From contig CBDEUS010000002.1 in assembly GCA_965243395.1 (NCBI GenBank), forward strand, positions 32,001-96,000: DNA of 64,000 nucleotides, read 5' to 3'. The translations under genes were made by a program, and so were the position numbers. Below the pieces are notes generated by a model. The model was not told the DNA's origin and did not search any database. It was given only the letters and a program-made list of their open reading frames with translations. This stretch comes from Gammaproteobacteria bacterium (GTDB lineage Bacteria > Pseudomonadota > Gammaproteobacteria > UBA4575). Shown one piece after another: positions 29,254 to 39,021 of the stretch (positions within the stretch are counted from its first letter, which is position 1; each line of letters starts with the position of its first letter).

Positions 29254-29628
29254 ATGAAAATAGTGCTTTGCATAGTCATCGTATTTTTACTCGCTTCTGA
29301 AAACGCATACTCTTCAGTAAAAACCATTACCTGTAGCTATGATACTTTTGCATCTGTGCAAAAAGTTGATAGAACTACTGAAGTAATGAAGCTAACCTTC
29401 ACCGTGAATACTGAAACCAGTGAGGCTAAAATAATTCGCAAAAATGGAATTACTGAAGTTGATTTGTATCCAACTGGGGGCGGATTTACGTTTATTGAAG
29501 TTAATGAGCGAGGCAACGTGCTTACCACAACCGTAGACGTCCATGGAAAATCAGCACACAGCCGTAACACTATTTTAGATAGTGAACTGGTGCCAAGTCA
29601 GTTTTATGGAACATGCGATTACAAATAG
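29254..29628 (+). CDS. Secreted hypothetical beta-rich protein
   Basis: Signal peptide; N- and C-terminal Cys (TCSY...GTCD), possibly a disulfide. Confidence 0.7.
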   Translation: MKIVLCIVIVFLLASENAYSSVKTITCSYDTFASVQKVDRTTEVMKLTFTVNTETSEAKIIRKNGITEVDLYPTGGGFTFIEVNERGNVLTTTVDVHGKSAHSRNTILDSELVPSQFYGTCDYK

Positions 29629-29645
29629 TACATTTAACTTTCTTC

Positions 29646-30398
29646 TTAGCCCTGATCATATAATTCACACGGACTGCGTAGCTCATCCGGAATATTGGGT
29701 GGACATATTCCACATACCTCGTTACCTGGTACCGCAAAATCAATTTTTTTAGGATAAGGTAAATCCAAGTCATTCATAATTTTTACAAACTGCTCTTTAG
29801 GCATACCATTTCCTAAACGTGGATTACGCGCTTTTTCCTGTGCAATGCTGCTTACATGACGACCGGCATAATCATGTGCTGGATATACCAAGGTTTCTCC
29901 AGGCAAGGAAAATAATTTTTCTTGAATGCTTTCATATAATTGACCCGCATCGCCTGATTGAAAGTCAGTGCGACCACATGCATCAATTAATAATGCATCT
30001 CCGGTAAATACCATTTGCTGAGACCCTTGTTTGATTAAATACGCATAATGATGGTCAGTATGCCCGGGTGTAAACAAGGGATGTAATTGTATTGAGCCTA
30101 TTTTAAATACCTGGCCTTCTTCGGCGTATAAATCTGCGCAAGGAAGTTGTGTTTGTTTTGGATAAACAATTTCACATTGAGTTATTGCCTTAAGCTTAGT
30201 TGCACTGGTTAGATGATCAGCGTGTATATGTGTATCGATTGTATAATTTAACTTTAAACCCAATGTCTGAAGCACGTCCAAATCACGTTCCACTGTTTCC
30301 AAAACAGGGTCAATTAAAGCGACCTGACCCTGTTCTGGGCAAGCAATCAAATACGTATATGTTGAAGAACTACTCTCAAATAACTGACGAAAAATCAT
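29646..30398 (-). CDS. Persulfide dioxygenase (ETHE1/Sdo-like, metallo-beta-lactamase fold)
   Basis: MIFRQLFE..SSTYTYL, THIHADH, TPGHT, GDALLI..CGRTDFQ, YPAHDY, AVPGNEVCG. Confidence 0.88.
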   Translation of the reverse strand: MIFRQLFESSSSTYTYLIACPEQGQVALIDPVLETVERDLDVLQTLGLKLNYTIDTHIHADHLTSATKLKAITQCEIVYPKQTQLPCADLYAEEGQVFKIGSIQLHPLFTPGHTDHHYAYLIKQGSQQMVFTGDALLIDACGRTDFQSGDAGQLYESIQEKLFSLPGETLVYPAHDYAGRHVSSIAQEKARNPRLGNGMPKEQFVKIMNDLDLPYPKKIDFAVPGNEVCGICPPNIPDELRSPCELYDQG

Positions 30399-30406
30399 TT
30401 TAAATT

Positions 30407-30694
30407 TTATCCATGTGCGATTGGTTTATCTGTAAAAAGAAAATCTTTTAACTCATTATCAAATGTTGGATCTTGCCTACGAATCCATTCTAATACCATA
30501 GCTGCATGCTCTTTCTCCTCGTCACGATTATGGGCGAGAATAGCTTTTAGGTCTTTATCCTTACATGCATCCACGCGTTGGTTATACCAATCAACAGCCT
30601 CAAGCTCTTCCATCAAGGAAGTAATCGCTCTATGCATATCTCGCGTTTCATCCGATAATTCATCTATTGGTTCATGATAACCTTCATTTGCCAT
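30407..30694 (-). CDS. Encapsulin-type ferritin-like protein (EncFtn/Flp) lacking a targeting peptide
   Basis: HEP..ELS..TRDMHRAI.SLMEELEAVDWYNQR...HNRDEEKEHAAM.LEWIRR.D; GAGG SD. Confidence 0.9.
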   Translation of the reverse strand: MANEGYHEPIDELSDETRDMHRAITSLMEELEAVDWYNQRVDACKDKDLKAILAHNRDEEKEHAAMVLEWIRRQDPTFDNELKDFLFTDKPIAHG

Positions 30695-30769
30695 ATTTAA
30701 CCTCTTATTATCTAATTAGCTTAACCGTAGTTTACTAAACCAAACAATAATTTATCCAGAAAGTTAGCT

Positions 30770-32146
30770 ATGCAATACGATGTGATTGATGCCCAGGTAT
30801 ACCCTGACGGACAACTCGATGTTTTATCTAAGATTGAAGTCAGCCGACTGTTAGATAACAGCCAAGGGGGCTTATTCAGCTTATTTCGTAATTCATCTCT
30901 AGCAGTACTAAATTGCGGTAATCCGCTAGACGATGGCCGTGAATTATTACAACGTTATGAATCCTTTGATATCTCGTTAGTTCAGGAAGAAAAAGGCATC
31001 AGCCTTAAATTAAGCAATGCACCTGCTAGTGCATTTGTAGATGGCTCAATAATTAAAGGAATAGGCGAGCATTTATTTTCTGTTTTGCGTGACGTTATCT
31101 ACGCCAATGATGAAATCTACGCAAACCCAAAATTAAATCTGCAAACATCTGAAGGCATAACTGATGCAGTTTTTCATATTCTTCGCAATGCCGATGTCTT
31201 GCAACCTAATGAAGAACCTAATTTAGTCGTTTGTTGGGGAGGACACTCTATCAGCAGAAAAGAATATGATTATTCTAAAGAAGTGGGTTATCAGTTAGGT
31301 TTGCGCGGCTTTGACATTTGCACAGGTTGTGGACCAGGAGCAATGAAAGGACCCATGAAAGGCGCAACGATTGGGCATGCAAAACAGCGTGTTAAGAACT
31401 CTCAATATCTTGGTCTAACGGAACCCGGAATTATTGCAGCCGAACCACCTAATCCAATCGTTAATGATTTAGTCATCATGCCGGATATCGAAAAACGCTT
31501 AGAAGCTTTTGTGCGACTTGGTCACGCCATGATTGCATTTCCTGGTGGAGTCGGTACTGCAGAAGAAATATTTTACACGTTGGGCATGTTGTTGCACCCA
31601 AGCAATAAGGACATACCTTTTCCATTTGTTTTTACCGGCCCCGAGAGTGCAAAAGATTATTTCACAGAAATTGATAACTTCATTGGTATTACTCTCGGCA
31701 AGCAAGCACAAAGCTTCTACAAAATAATTATCAATGATCCAAATGCAGTAGCTAAAGAAATTCAATCCGGTATTGATAATGTAAGCAAATATAGAGAAAG
31801 CAAAAATGATGCTTACTACTTCAACTGGACATTGAATATCGACCCAATTTTACAAATACCTTTCAAACCCACTCATGAGAATATGCAGGCATTAGCTCTC
31901 CATGATGATCAAGACGAGTTTCAGCTAGCCGCTAATATTCGTAATGCTCTATCAGGAATAGTTGCAGGAAATGTAAAAGATGAAGGAATTAAAGCCGTCG
32001 AAAGTCAAGGACCTCTAAAACTAAGGGGTGCTCATAATATACTAGAACCATTATCCTCATTATTAGAATCATTTACAGCCATGCAAAGAATGAAGATATC
32101 TAGCAGTGGCTACAAACCCTGTTATGAAATAGAGTTCTCTGATTGA
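30770..32146 (+). CDS. ppnN: Pyrimidine/purine nucleotide 5'-monophosphate nucleosidase (YgdH)
   Basis: VVCWGGHSI, CTGCGPGAMKGPMKGA.IGHAKQR, FPGGVGTAEE, SGIVAGNVK. Confidence 0.95.
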   Translation: MQYDVIDAQVYPDGQLDVLSKIEVSRLLDNSQGGLFSLFRNSSLAVLNCGNPLDDGRELLQRYESFDISLVQEEKGISLKLSNAPASAFVDGSIIKGIGEHLFSVLRDVIYANDEIYANPKLNLQTSEGITDAVFHILRNADVLQPNEEPNLVVCWGGHSISRKEYDYSKEVGYQLGLRGFDICTGCGPGAMKGPMKGATIGHAKQRVKNSQYLGLTEPGIIAAEPPNPIVNDLVIMPDIEKRLEAFVRLGHAMIAFPGGVGTAEEIFYTLGMLLHPSNKDIPFPFVFTGPESAKDYFTEIDNFIGITLGKQAQSFYKIIINDPNAVAKEIQSGIDNVSKYRESKNDAYYFNWTLNIDPILQIPFKPTHENMQALALHDDQDEFQLAANIRNALSGIVAGNVKDEGIKAVESQGPLKLRGAHNILEPLSSLLESFTAMQRMKISSSGYKPCYEIEFSD

Positions 32147-32195
32147 TTGCTGGTTTCAATTCTTGATAAGAATTATTCATTCTGAATCAAGAAAC

Positions 32196-32426
32196 TTATT
32201 TCCAAAAATCCCAAACCTCATAGTAAGTATGATCATTTTTGAAAATAGTTCGAATACCTGCTTGACGATTATGTTTTTTACATCTTTCCACTGCGTGGTT
32301 ATAGGCAGAAGAACCATCCGAGTCTTTTCGCGCGCGAAAATGAGTAACCAGATACCAACCTTTGCGGTTTAAAATATCTGTATCCTCACCATCGAGAGTT
32401 TCAATTTTTATAGAATTTTCTGACAC
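32196..32426 (-). CDS. Small hypothetical protein
   Basis: GGGAGG SD upstream of a GTG start; 76 aa. Confidence 0.55.
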   Translation of the reverse strand: MSENSIKIETLDGEDTDILNRKGWYLVTHFRARKDSDGSSAYNHAVERCKKHNRQAGIRTIFKNDHTYYEVWDFWK

Positions 32427-32686
32427 GCTAGTCCAACCTCCCTTGTTTTTGAATCTAAATTCATTTTAAATCCATGTAATACATAGACTTATAGTATTCA
32501 CACTATACATATAACTACTAAGGATCATGAGTGAATACCGATGTTGTGCAAAATTCTAGGTTTAAATGGCTGGACTTTACAATTATTACAAACACATATT
32601 ATCTTGGATGAGAGCGTTTAATAAAACTCAAAAAATTGATCGCTTTTTTTATATAAAAATTCAAAAAAATTAACCATCTTTAATGT

Positions 32687-33280
32687 ATGCCTTTATCTAA
32701 TCGCACAAACTTACTACCAAAAGATGGAGAGGTATATTTTCATCCCGGTTTATTTTCTGAATTCGAGAGTCAAATATTATTTAATTCATTATGTGATTCA
32801 ATCGAATGGAAACAAGAAGAAATCAAAATTTTTGGAAAATGGGTAAAACAACCAAGACTAAGTGCATGGTATGGAGAACTGAATAAAGAATATTCCTATT
32901 CAGGAATTACTCTCAAAGCCAAACCCTGGAATCAACCACTTCTTGCAATAAAAAATAAAATTCAATTGGCTATAAACTATGAGTTTAACAGTTGTTTGTT
33001 AAACTTTTATAGAAACGGACAAGACAGTATGGGCTGGCACCGCGATAATGAAAAAGAACTTGGTCGTAGACCCGTGATCTGCTCTGTAAGTCTAGGGACA
33101 AGTAGAATTTTCCGTATGCAACATATTAAAGAAAAGAAATCGAAAGTAAGTATTGATTTACCTTCGGGTAGTTGTTTATTAATGCGAGGAGATGCGCAAC
33201 AATTTTGGAAACATGCTATACCCAAACAGCCTAAATGTAGCAAAGCTAGAATTAATCTTACTTTTAGAAAAATTTTCTAA
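32687..33280 (+). CDS. AlkB-family 2OG-Fe(II) dioxygenase (ALKBH2/3-like)
   Basis: QPRL.AWY, FNSCLLNFYRNGQDSMGWHRD.E, WKHAIPK, RINLTFR. Confidence 0.92.
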   Translation: MPLSNRTNLLPKDGEVYFHPGLFSEFESQILFNSLCDSIEWKQEEIKIFGKWVKQPRLSAWYGELNKEYSYSGITLKAKPWNQPLLAIKNKIQLAINYEFNSCLLNFYRNGQDSMGWHRDNEKELGRRPVICSVSLGTSRIFRMQHIKEKKSKVSIDLPSGSCLLMRGDAQQFWKHAIPKQPKCSKARINLTFRKIF

Positions 33281-33346
33281 TCATTATTTTCTAAAATCCA
33301 ATGGATAGTAAAATATTTATGACATTACTCTGAATAACTCACTAAA

Positions 33347-34549
33347 TTATGCAGTCACTGTTTCTTTTGCTTCCTGTGATAAACTCTTGTTTAATACGAA
33401 ATAACCTAATATTCCTGAAAGAAGTGAGCCTATAAGAATACCGATGCGTTCATCAACTAAATAATTGGCGCCTGTTTCTTCAAATGCTAACGAGCCAATG
33501 AATAAACTCATTGTAAAACCAACCCCACAAAGTGCTGCAGTGCCATATAATGACATCCAGGAAATATCCTCAGGTAATGTAGTGAGACGCAATTTAACGC
33601 CTACCCAACAAAAGATAAAAATTCCTATTTGATTTCCAAAAAATAATCCAAGCGCAATTCCAAGAGGAATGCCATGCAAAATTTTATCCAGCCCAAAATT
33701 TGAGAAATCTACGCCAGCATTACAAAATGCGAATATGGGTAAAATAATGAGCGTAACAGCTGAATGTAAGTCTTTTTCTAAACTTTTCAGTGGTGAAATA
33801 TTTGGGTTTGAGGTTGAACGAAATGGAATAAACAACGCAAGTATTACGCCTGCAAGAGTCGCATGTACCCCTGATTTCAGCATAGCAACCCACATTACTA
33901 TCCCTAAAATAATGTAGATACTTTTATCGGTAACTCCTTTTCTGTTGATAATAAAAAGAATCAAACATGAAAATGCTACCACTATCAAAGCAGTCAAAGA
34001 TATTTTACTTGTATAAAATAAAGCGATAATCAAGATTGCACCAATATCATCTAAGATCGCTAACGAAGTAAGAAAAACTTTCAAACTGATAGGTACTCTT
34101 GAGCCTAAAAGTGAAAGAATCCCAAGTGCAAATGCAATATCAGTAGCAGCAGGAATTGCCCAACCCTGTAACGCTATTGGATCATCAAAATTAACCGCTG
34201 TATAAATTAATGCAGGAATCATCATTCCACCAACAGCACCTAACGCTGGCAGAACAATTTTTTTACGATCAGATAATTCCCCCTCTACAAATTCACGCTT
34301 AAGCTCAAGGCCAATTAAAAAGAAAAACACCGCCATGAGCCCATCATTTACCCAGAGTAACAACGGCTTATATATCTCTAAACCCCCAACTTTTACCGCC
34401 ACAGGAACATCAATCAGCATCGAGTAATAAACGCTCAACGGCGAGTTCGCAACAAGAATAGCCATGAAAGCAGTGGTAACTAAAAGAACACCTGCAAATG
34501 ACTCCTCCTGGATATACTTGGCTATAAATGTATGATTTTCGTTTTGCAT
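33347..34549 (-). CDS. nhaA: Na+/H+ antiporter NhaA
   Basis: WVNDGLM, GLELKRE, GWAIPAATDIAF, LAILDD, GVGFTMSLFI. Confidence 0.97.
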   Translation of the reverse strand: MQNENHTFIAKYIQEESFAGVLLVTTAFMAILVANSPLSVYYSMLIDVPVAVKVGGLEIYKPLLLWVNDGLMAVFFFLIGLELKREFVEGELSDRKKIVLPALGAVGGMMIPALIYTAVNFDDPIALQGWAIPAATDIAFALGILSLLGSRVPISLKVFLTSLAILDDIGAILIIALFYTSKISLTALIVVAFSCLILFIINRKGVTDKSIYIILGIVMWVAMLKSGVHATLAGVILALFIPFRSTSNPNISPLKSLEKDLHSAVTLIILPIFAFCNAGVDFSNFGLDKILHGIPLGIALGLFFGNQIGIFIFCWVGVKLRLTTLPEDISWMSLYGTAALCGVGFTMSLFIGSLAFEETGANYLVDERIGILIGSLLSGILGYFVLNKSLSQEAKETVTA

Positions 34550-34553
34550 AGGA

Positions 34554-35453
34554 CTATATGAAGAGTTTCTCTCTTGCAGTTTCGGTAATACACATCACAC
34601 CTGGATGTTTTAACTTACGCTCAGGCGATATCGCATAATAAGTTTCTTTCAGTTCTTCAACGGTACCAATCAAACCAGCGTGATACATATGTTCAACATG
34701 ATCAGAAATAGCGGTTGGAGCAGGGAAAACACCTGCACCTGCGCTCCCAAATGCCTTTAATAAAGCGCTGTCGTCAAATTCTGAAACAACACTGACATCG
34801 ATTCCAATTTGGTCAAACCAATCTTCCAAATTTCTTCTCAATACATTTGATTTTACCGGCATTAGCATCGGCGCATTATTTAGTGATTGTGGAAATTTTT
34901 TTTTATAAGGGTGAGCTATTCGTTTTTGTGCAAAAAATGAAATCGTACTATTTCCAAGAATATGGTTGTAAGCCTTAACATTAAGACCGGTAGGCAGAGG
35001 TCGGTCTGATAAAACTAAATCTAACTTATGAACCGCTAAATCACCAAGAAGTTTTTCTAAATTACCCTCGTAGCAGACTACTCTTACTGGGTCTTCTAAC
35101 TTGAGCACGGGCTCTAGAATACGGTAAGCAATCAGCTTAGCTATTGAAAAAACTACTCCTACATTCAATTCAAGAGGTTTACCAGGTTCCTTGCTTTTCA
35201 GGCGCTGTGAAAGCTCAGCACCAAGTGAAAAAATTTCATCTGCATAAATATGGACAATTTGCCCTGTATCTGTGAGCACTAAACCTCGGCCTTTCCTTTG
35301 AAAAAGTGCTTCGCCAACGGTTTCTTCTAACAGTTTCAACTGTCCACTGATGGTTTGAGGCGTAATGTGCAGCACCTCCGAGGCCCTGGCGATACTTCCT
35401 TCCCGCGCAACCGTCCAGAAATAAAGCAAGTGATTGTAATTAAGGTGCCTCAA
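34554..35453 (-). CDS. nhaR: LysR-family transcriptional activator NhaR
   Basis: LNYNHLLYFWTVAREGSI..A...LHITPQTISGQ, EFDDSALLKAFG; directly upstream of nhaA. Confidence 0.95.
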   Translation of the reverse strand: MRHLNYNHLLYFWTVAREGSIARASEVLHITPQTISGQLKLLEETVGEALFQRKGRGLVLTDTGQIVHIYADEIFSLGAELSQRLKSKEPGKPLELNVGVVFSIAKLIAYRILEPVLKLEDPVRVVCYEGNLEKLLGDLAVHKLDLVLSDRPLPTGLNVKAYNHILGNSTISFFAQKRIAHPYKKKFPQSLNNAPMLMPVKSNVLRRNLEDWFDQIGIDVSVVSEFDDSALLKAFGSAGAGVFPAPTAISDHVEHMYHAGLIGTVEELKETYYAISPERKLKHPGVMCITETAREKLFI

Positions 35454-35536
35454 GTGTTCTTTTTATCAAGGTAAAGGAAGGTAGATATAATGCCTGAAGT
35501 CTTTTATAAGGAAAAGTCGTATTTTAATACTTTATT

Positions 35537-35553
35537 ATTCGGTTTTATCGAAT
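35537..35553. promoter_or_regulatory. Putative NhaR (LysR-type) operator
   Basis: Palindrome ATTCG-GTTTTAT-CGAAT containing the T-N11-A box, in the nhaR divergent promoter region. Confidence 0.55.
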
Positions 35554-35696
35554 TATTGATACGGACGAAACAGATCTATTTCCAGACAAAAACTAATCAT
35601 CTAGTTAAAACGAAGTATGCCTCAAAAATAAACGAATTGTGGTAGTGGTTTTGTTTGATTAGCCTTTACACATCATTAACGACAGTAAAGGTAAAC

Positions 35697-36098
35697 ATGC
35701 AACTTAGTATTCAGTCTCATAATATTGAGATAACTGATCATTTACACAGTTTCACTGAAAAGAGAATAATCGAAACATTTTCTAATTTGAACAAGAACGT
35801 CAAAAAAATAAATGTTCGTTTGTTTTTGCTTAACAGTAACTCAAAAACCTCTAAAGTAGCATGCCAGCTACAGGTGCACACCCGCTGCCTCCCTACAATT
35901 TATAGTGAGTTACGTGCAAACGACGTTTATAAAGCAGTTAATTCAAGTGCGAAACTTGCTCGTAAAAGTGTTAGCAAAAGACTCACAAAATTTGAAGCAT
36001 TACTTAAGAAAATTAAGTTTCTTAATAAACAAAAGGCTCGCACCTCAACTCTGAAATTACCTTATCGTCAACAACAACTAACAAGAGAATACGCATGA
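35697..36098 (+). CDS. Divergent HPF/RaiA-like protein
   Basis: MQLSIQSHNIEITDHL...EKRI, beta-strand core, D.Y.AV..A; AAGG SD before ATG 35697. Confidence 0.7.
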   Translation: MQLSIQSHNIEITDHLHSFTEKRIIETFSNLNKNVKKINVRLFLLNSNSKTSKVACQLQVHTRCLPTIYSELRANDVYKAVNSSAKLARKSVSKRLTKFEALLKKIKFLNKQKARTSTLKLPYRQQQLTREYA

Positions 36099-36769
36099 AG
36101 ACATTTAATTTAGCATCAATAAACAAACCAAGATTTTTATTTGCATTGGTTTTATTTTTACCTTTTGCTACTCAAGCAGAAATTCAGAAAAATAATATCT
36201 CAGGAAATAACATAGATACCAATACTGTCAATATATTGGTTGAAAATATTCTCAAAGAAACTGAGGATGCATTAAGGAAAGTAAAATCTGAACCTGACAA
36301 TTCTCTTGAACATGTTAAAAGTGCTATAACTACCATTCGCTCGCTTGAGCGTCAGCTATCACCTGACACTCATGTGGAAAATAAAAGTCCTTTGATTGTT
36401 GATAATTCGAAGGAATATTGGTTTGCATATCCATCCATTCGAAAAGAAGTTGTTGATAACAAAACTATGTTTCCAACCATTCACACCAAATTTGAATCCG
36501 GTATCTTATACCAGGGCTCTAGCACTGACGTTAAGGATCAATTTAACGCCTACTTCGATTATCCCTTCGCACACGCAAGTTTAATCACGGCAAGAGAGGC
36601 ATTGGTTGCTAACAACGAACGAGAGGCTATAAGCTCACTCAAATGGGTTTTCGAAGCTATATATATAAGTCCTGACTTTTATGTAGCTGATTTAGAAGAT
36701 GAATTTTTAATGGATAAACTATTCAACCTTAAGGGTGAATTCCCTTCTTTTACAAGTTTAACTAAATAG
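36095..36769 (+). CDS. Secreted helical hypothetical protein (weakly YfdX-like)
   Basis: Signal peptide ...ATQA; ATGA overlap with the upstream gene; L..AREAL...A...L helix. Confidence 0.65.
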   Translation: MKTFNLASINKPRFLFALVLFLPFATQAEIQKNNISGNNIDTNTVNILVENILKETEDALRKVKSEPDNSLEHVKSAITTIRSLERQLSPDTHVENKSPLIVDNSKEYWFAYPSIRKEVVDNKTMFPTIHTKFESGILYQGSSTDVKDQFNAYFDYPFAHASLITAREALVANNEREAISSLKWVFEAIYISPDFYVADLEDEFLMDKLFNLKGEFPSFTSLTK

Positions 36770-36871
36770 CAATTGTAGAAATTGGTGACGTTTATCAATC
36801 AATAAACTTACATTCATTTTTGGATTTGTTTTATTACTGTTTATTTAGAAATAATTATAGGATTAGAACTC

Positions 36872-37333
36872 ATGTTAAGAACAGACGATATATATGAAGA
36901 AATCATTAGAGAGCATATATTTCATTCTAAAAACTATATGAAATCTCTGGATAGTGCACATTATCATTCACATGGCGTTAATTTAGCATGTATTGATGAT
37001 ATTAAAATACACATCAGTATGCATGATAATGTAATTCATGATGTCAGTTTTGAAGGCGTATGCTGTTCAATTACTAAAGCTTCAGCCTCTTTAATGACCG
37101 AAGAACTAAAGGGGAAACCTCAAATTGAAGTATTAAATTTATTCAAGAAAATTGATCTGCTATCGACTACCAATTGCGATTACGATGGTATTTTTGAGCT
37201 CTTAATTAAACATTTATTTGAAGTTTCTTCAAAAAAGCAGAAGCATGAAACGAGTGCGTGTGTAATGCTCCCATGGAAAACGATGATAAAGGCTATTAAG
37301 AGTAGTAAATTAACAAGCCAAAGCTATAACTGA
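36872..37333 (+). CDS. Divergent SufU/IscU-like (NifU_N) protein
   Basis: YEEII.EH, NLACIDD (NPxCGD), FEGVCCSITKASASLM, CVMLPW. Confidence 0.8.
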   Translation: MLRTDDIYEEIIREHIFHSKNYMKSLDSAHYHSHGVNLACIDDIKIHISMHDNVIHDVSFEGVCCSITKASASLMTEELKGKPQIEVLNLFKKIDLLSTTNCDYDGIFELLIKHLFEVSSKKQKHETSACVMLPWKTMIKAIKSSKLTSQSYN

Positions 37334-37431
37334 TGATAAATTTAACACCAAGGATTTAAAGTTTACCTTGTTGACAGCACACGATTAAATCCCTTACCCA
37401 TTAGTGCTGATATCCTCCCCCCAAGGTATTT

Positions 37432-37472
37432 ACCCCGACTTTACATTAATTATTTGTAAGTCGGGGTTTTTT
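37432..37472 (+). terminator. Intrinsic terminator after the SufU-like gene
   Basis: ACCCCGACTTTACA...TGTAAGTCGGGGT followed by a T-run. Confidence 0.75.
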
Positions 37473-37578
37473 ATATATATAAAGACTATAAAAATCGAAT
37501 TATTAATGCGTCATAAACGACTAGTCGATTAATGCTACATCAAATAAACTTTTAATTAATTTGATATAAGGTCATAAA

Positions 37579-37950
37579 ATGGAAGAAATAAATATACAAT
37601 CACACGGCATTAAACTAACAGAGCAAATGAGAAAACATATAATGCAACGTTTAAACAGTGTTTTTGGTTTTGATAAAACAAAAGTCCAAAAAATTGTTAT
37701 TAAATTATTCGAACATGATCAGAATAATAGCGGTTCAGAAATTACCTGTCACATTAAAATTTATATCAAAAATAAACCTGTAATTATTACTAAACTAAAG
37801 TCTCTAGATGTTTTAACAGCAATTACTTTAGCCATAGAACGTACAAAACTTAAACACGACCATCAATTAAACGATCAACACAATAAGAATAAACGAATAC
37901 TACTAAACCAAAAGCCACTTGCGTATGGCTCATACAGAATTTATCAGTGA
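37579..37950 (+). CDS. Second divergent HPF/RaiA-like protein
   Basis: INIQSHGIKLTEQMRKHI.QRL, C.I.I, D...AI..AIER; AAGG SD. Confidence 0.68.
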   Translation: MEEINIQSHGIKLTEQMRKHIMQRLNSVFGFDKTKVQKIVIKLFEHDQNNSGSEITCHIKIYIKNKPVIITKLKSLDVLTAITLAIERTKLKHDHQLNDQHNKNKRILLNQKPLAYGSYRIYQ

Positions 37951-38036
37951 TTAACAATTAAGTGTCTAGTAAATATGAAGACTATGAGTAATTGTGATCA
38001 TAATGAATTACAATCTACGCTAACCTACCAATGTGG

Positions 38037-38933
38037 TTAATAGAACTCGTTTTCTTGAGAAAATAAAACAAGCTCTTCTAAAACGTCGTTAGCTTTATAA
38101 AATCGATCTTTAGGGTATTTGGCTAACATTTTATTTATGATGGGCTGTAATTTTCGTAACTCATAGGGAAGTTCAGGAATTGGGTTGCGTAAATGTGCAA
38201 ATAATACGGTAATGATATCTTTTCTTGTATAAGGCGGTGTACCGCAGTCGTATGGGGGTTCACCTGTTAACATCTCATAGAATACAACTCCTAAAGAGTA
38301 GATATCTGAGCTAGGACCAATCGGCTTTTTACGCAAAATGTCGGGGCTCATATATCGTGGAGTACCTTGACTGGATTTATTCATAACTTCCTTACGGTGC
38401 TCTAGCTCATCGGCGATTCCGTAATCTGATAAAACCACAGAGTTCTCATCTCTAAATAAAATATTTTCTGGTTTAATATCACGATGAATAAAACCATGTT
38501 CATGCGAATAAGCGAGTGCGGAAGCCACTTGTTTCACTACATTAAAGGTCCACTCTAGATCGAATGATCCTTTCATATGTCTGCGCAAATTACCCCATGG
38601 CATATACTCCATAGCAATGTAGTGATATTCATCAACTGTACCAACATCATGGATGGGAATGATATTTGAATGTGAAAGGTTGGCGTTTATGCGTCCTTCT
38701 TGAAAGAAATTTGCAACACGCTCTTCATCATGTACCAGATGCGGATGCATGATTTTCAAGGCAACTTGCCTACTTAAAGATCTTTGAATGGCTACATAGA
38801 CTTCTGCCGTCCCACCAGTTCCGCATATGCCGACAATTTCGTAACCCGGGACATTTATGTTATACGAGCTTTCTTTAAAATCACTAGCAGTTTTACCATC
38901 TGCCCGAAAGGTAAGATCTAAGATTTCAGTCAC
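38037..38933 (-). CDS. Hanks-type Ser/Thr protein kinase (kinase domain only)
   Basis: GTGGTAEVY, VALK, HRDIKPEN, DYG, GTPRYMSP, SDIYSLG; GTG start. Confidence 0.92.
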   Translation of the reverse strand: MTEILDLTFRADGKTASDFKESSYNINVPGYEIVGICGTGGTAEVYVAIQRSLSRQVALKIMHPHLVHDEERVANFFQEGRINANLSHSNIIPIHDVGTVDEYHYIAMEYMPWGNLRRHMKGSFDLEWTFNVVKQVASALAYSHEHGFIHRDIKPENILFRDENSVVLSDYGIADELEHRKEVMNKSSQGTPRYMSPDILRKKPIGPSSDIYSLGVVFYEMLTGEPPYDCGTPPYTRKDIITVLFAHLRNPIPELPYELRKLQPIINKMLAKYPKDRFYKANDVLEELVLFSQENEFY

Positions 38934-39021
38934 ATGTACCCCTATCCTTGTATTACAGATAGCTTAACAACAACTATCTCATTTTTATACTTTTTGCAGT
39001 ACAGAGCAATTCTTCTTTCAC

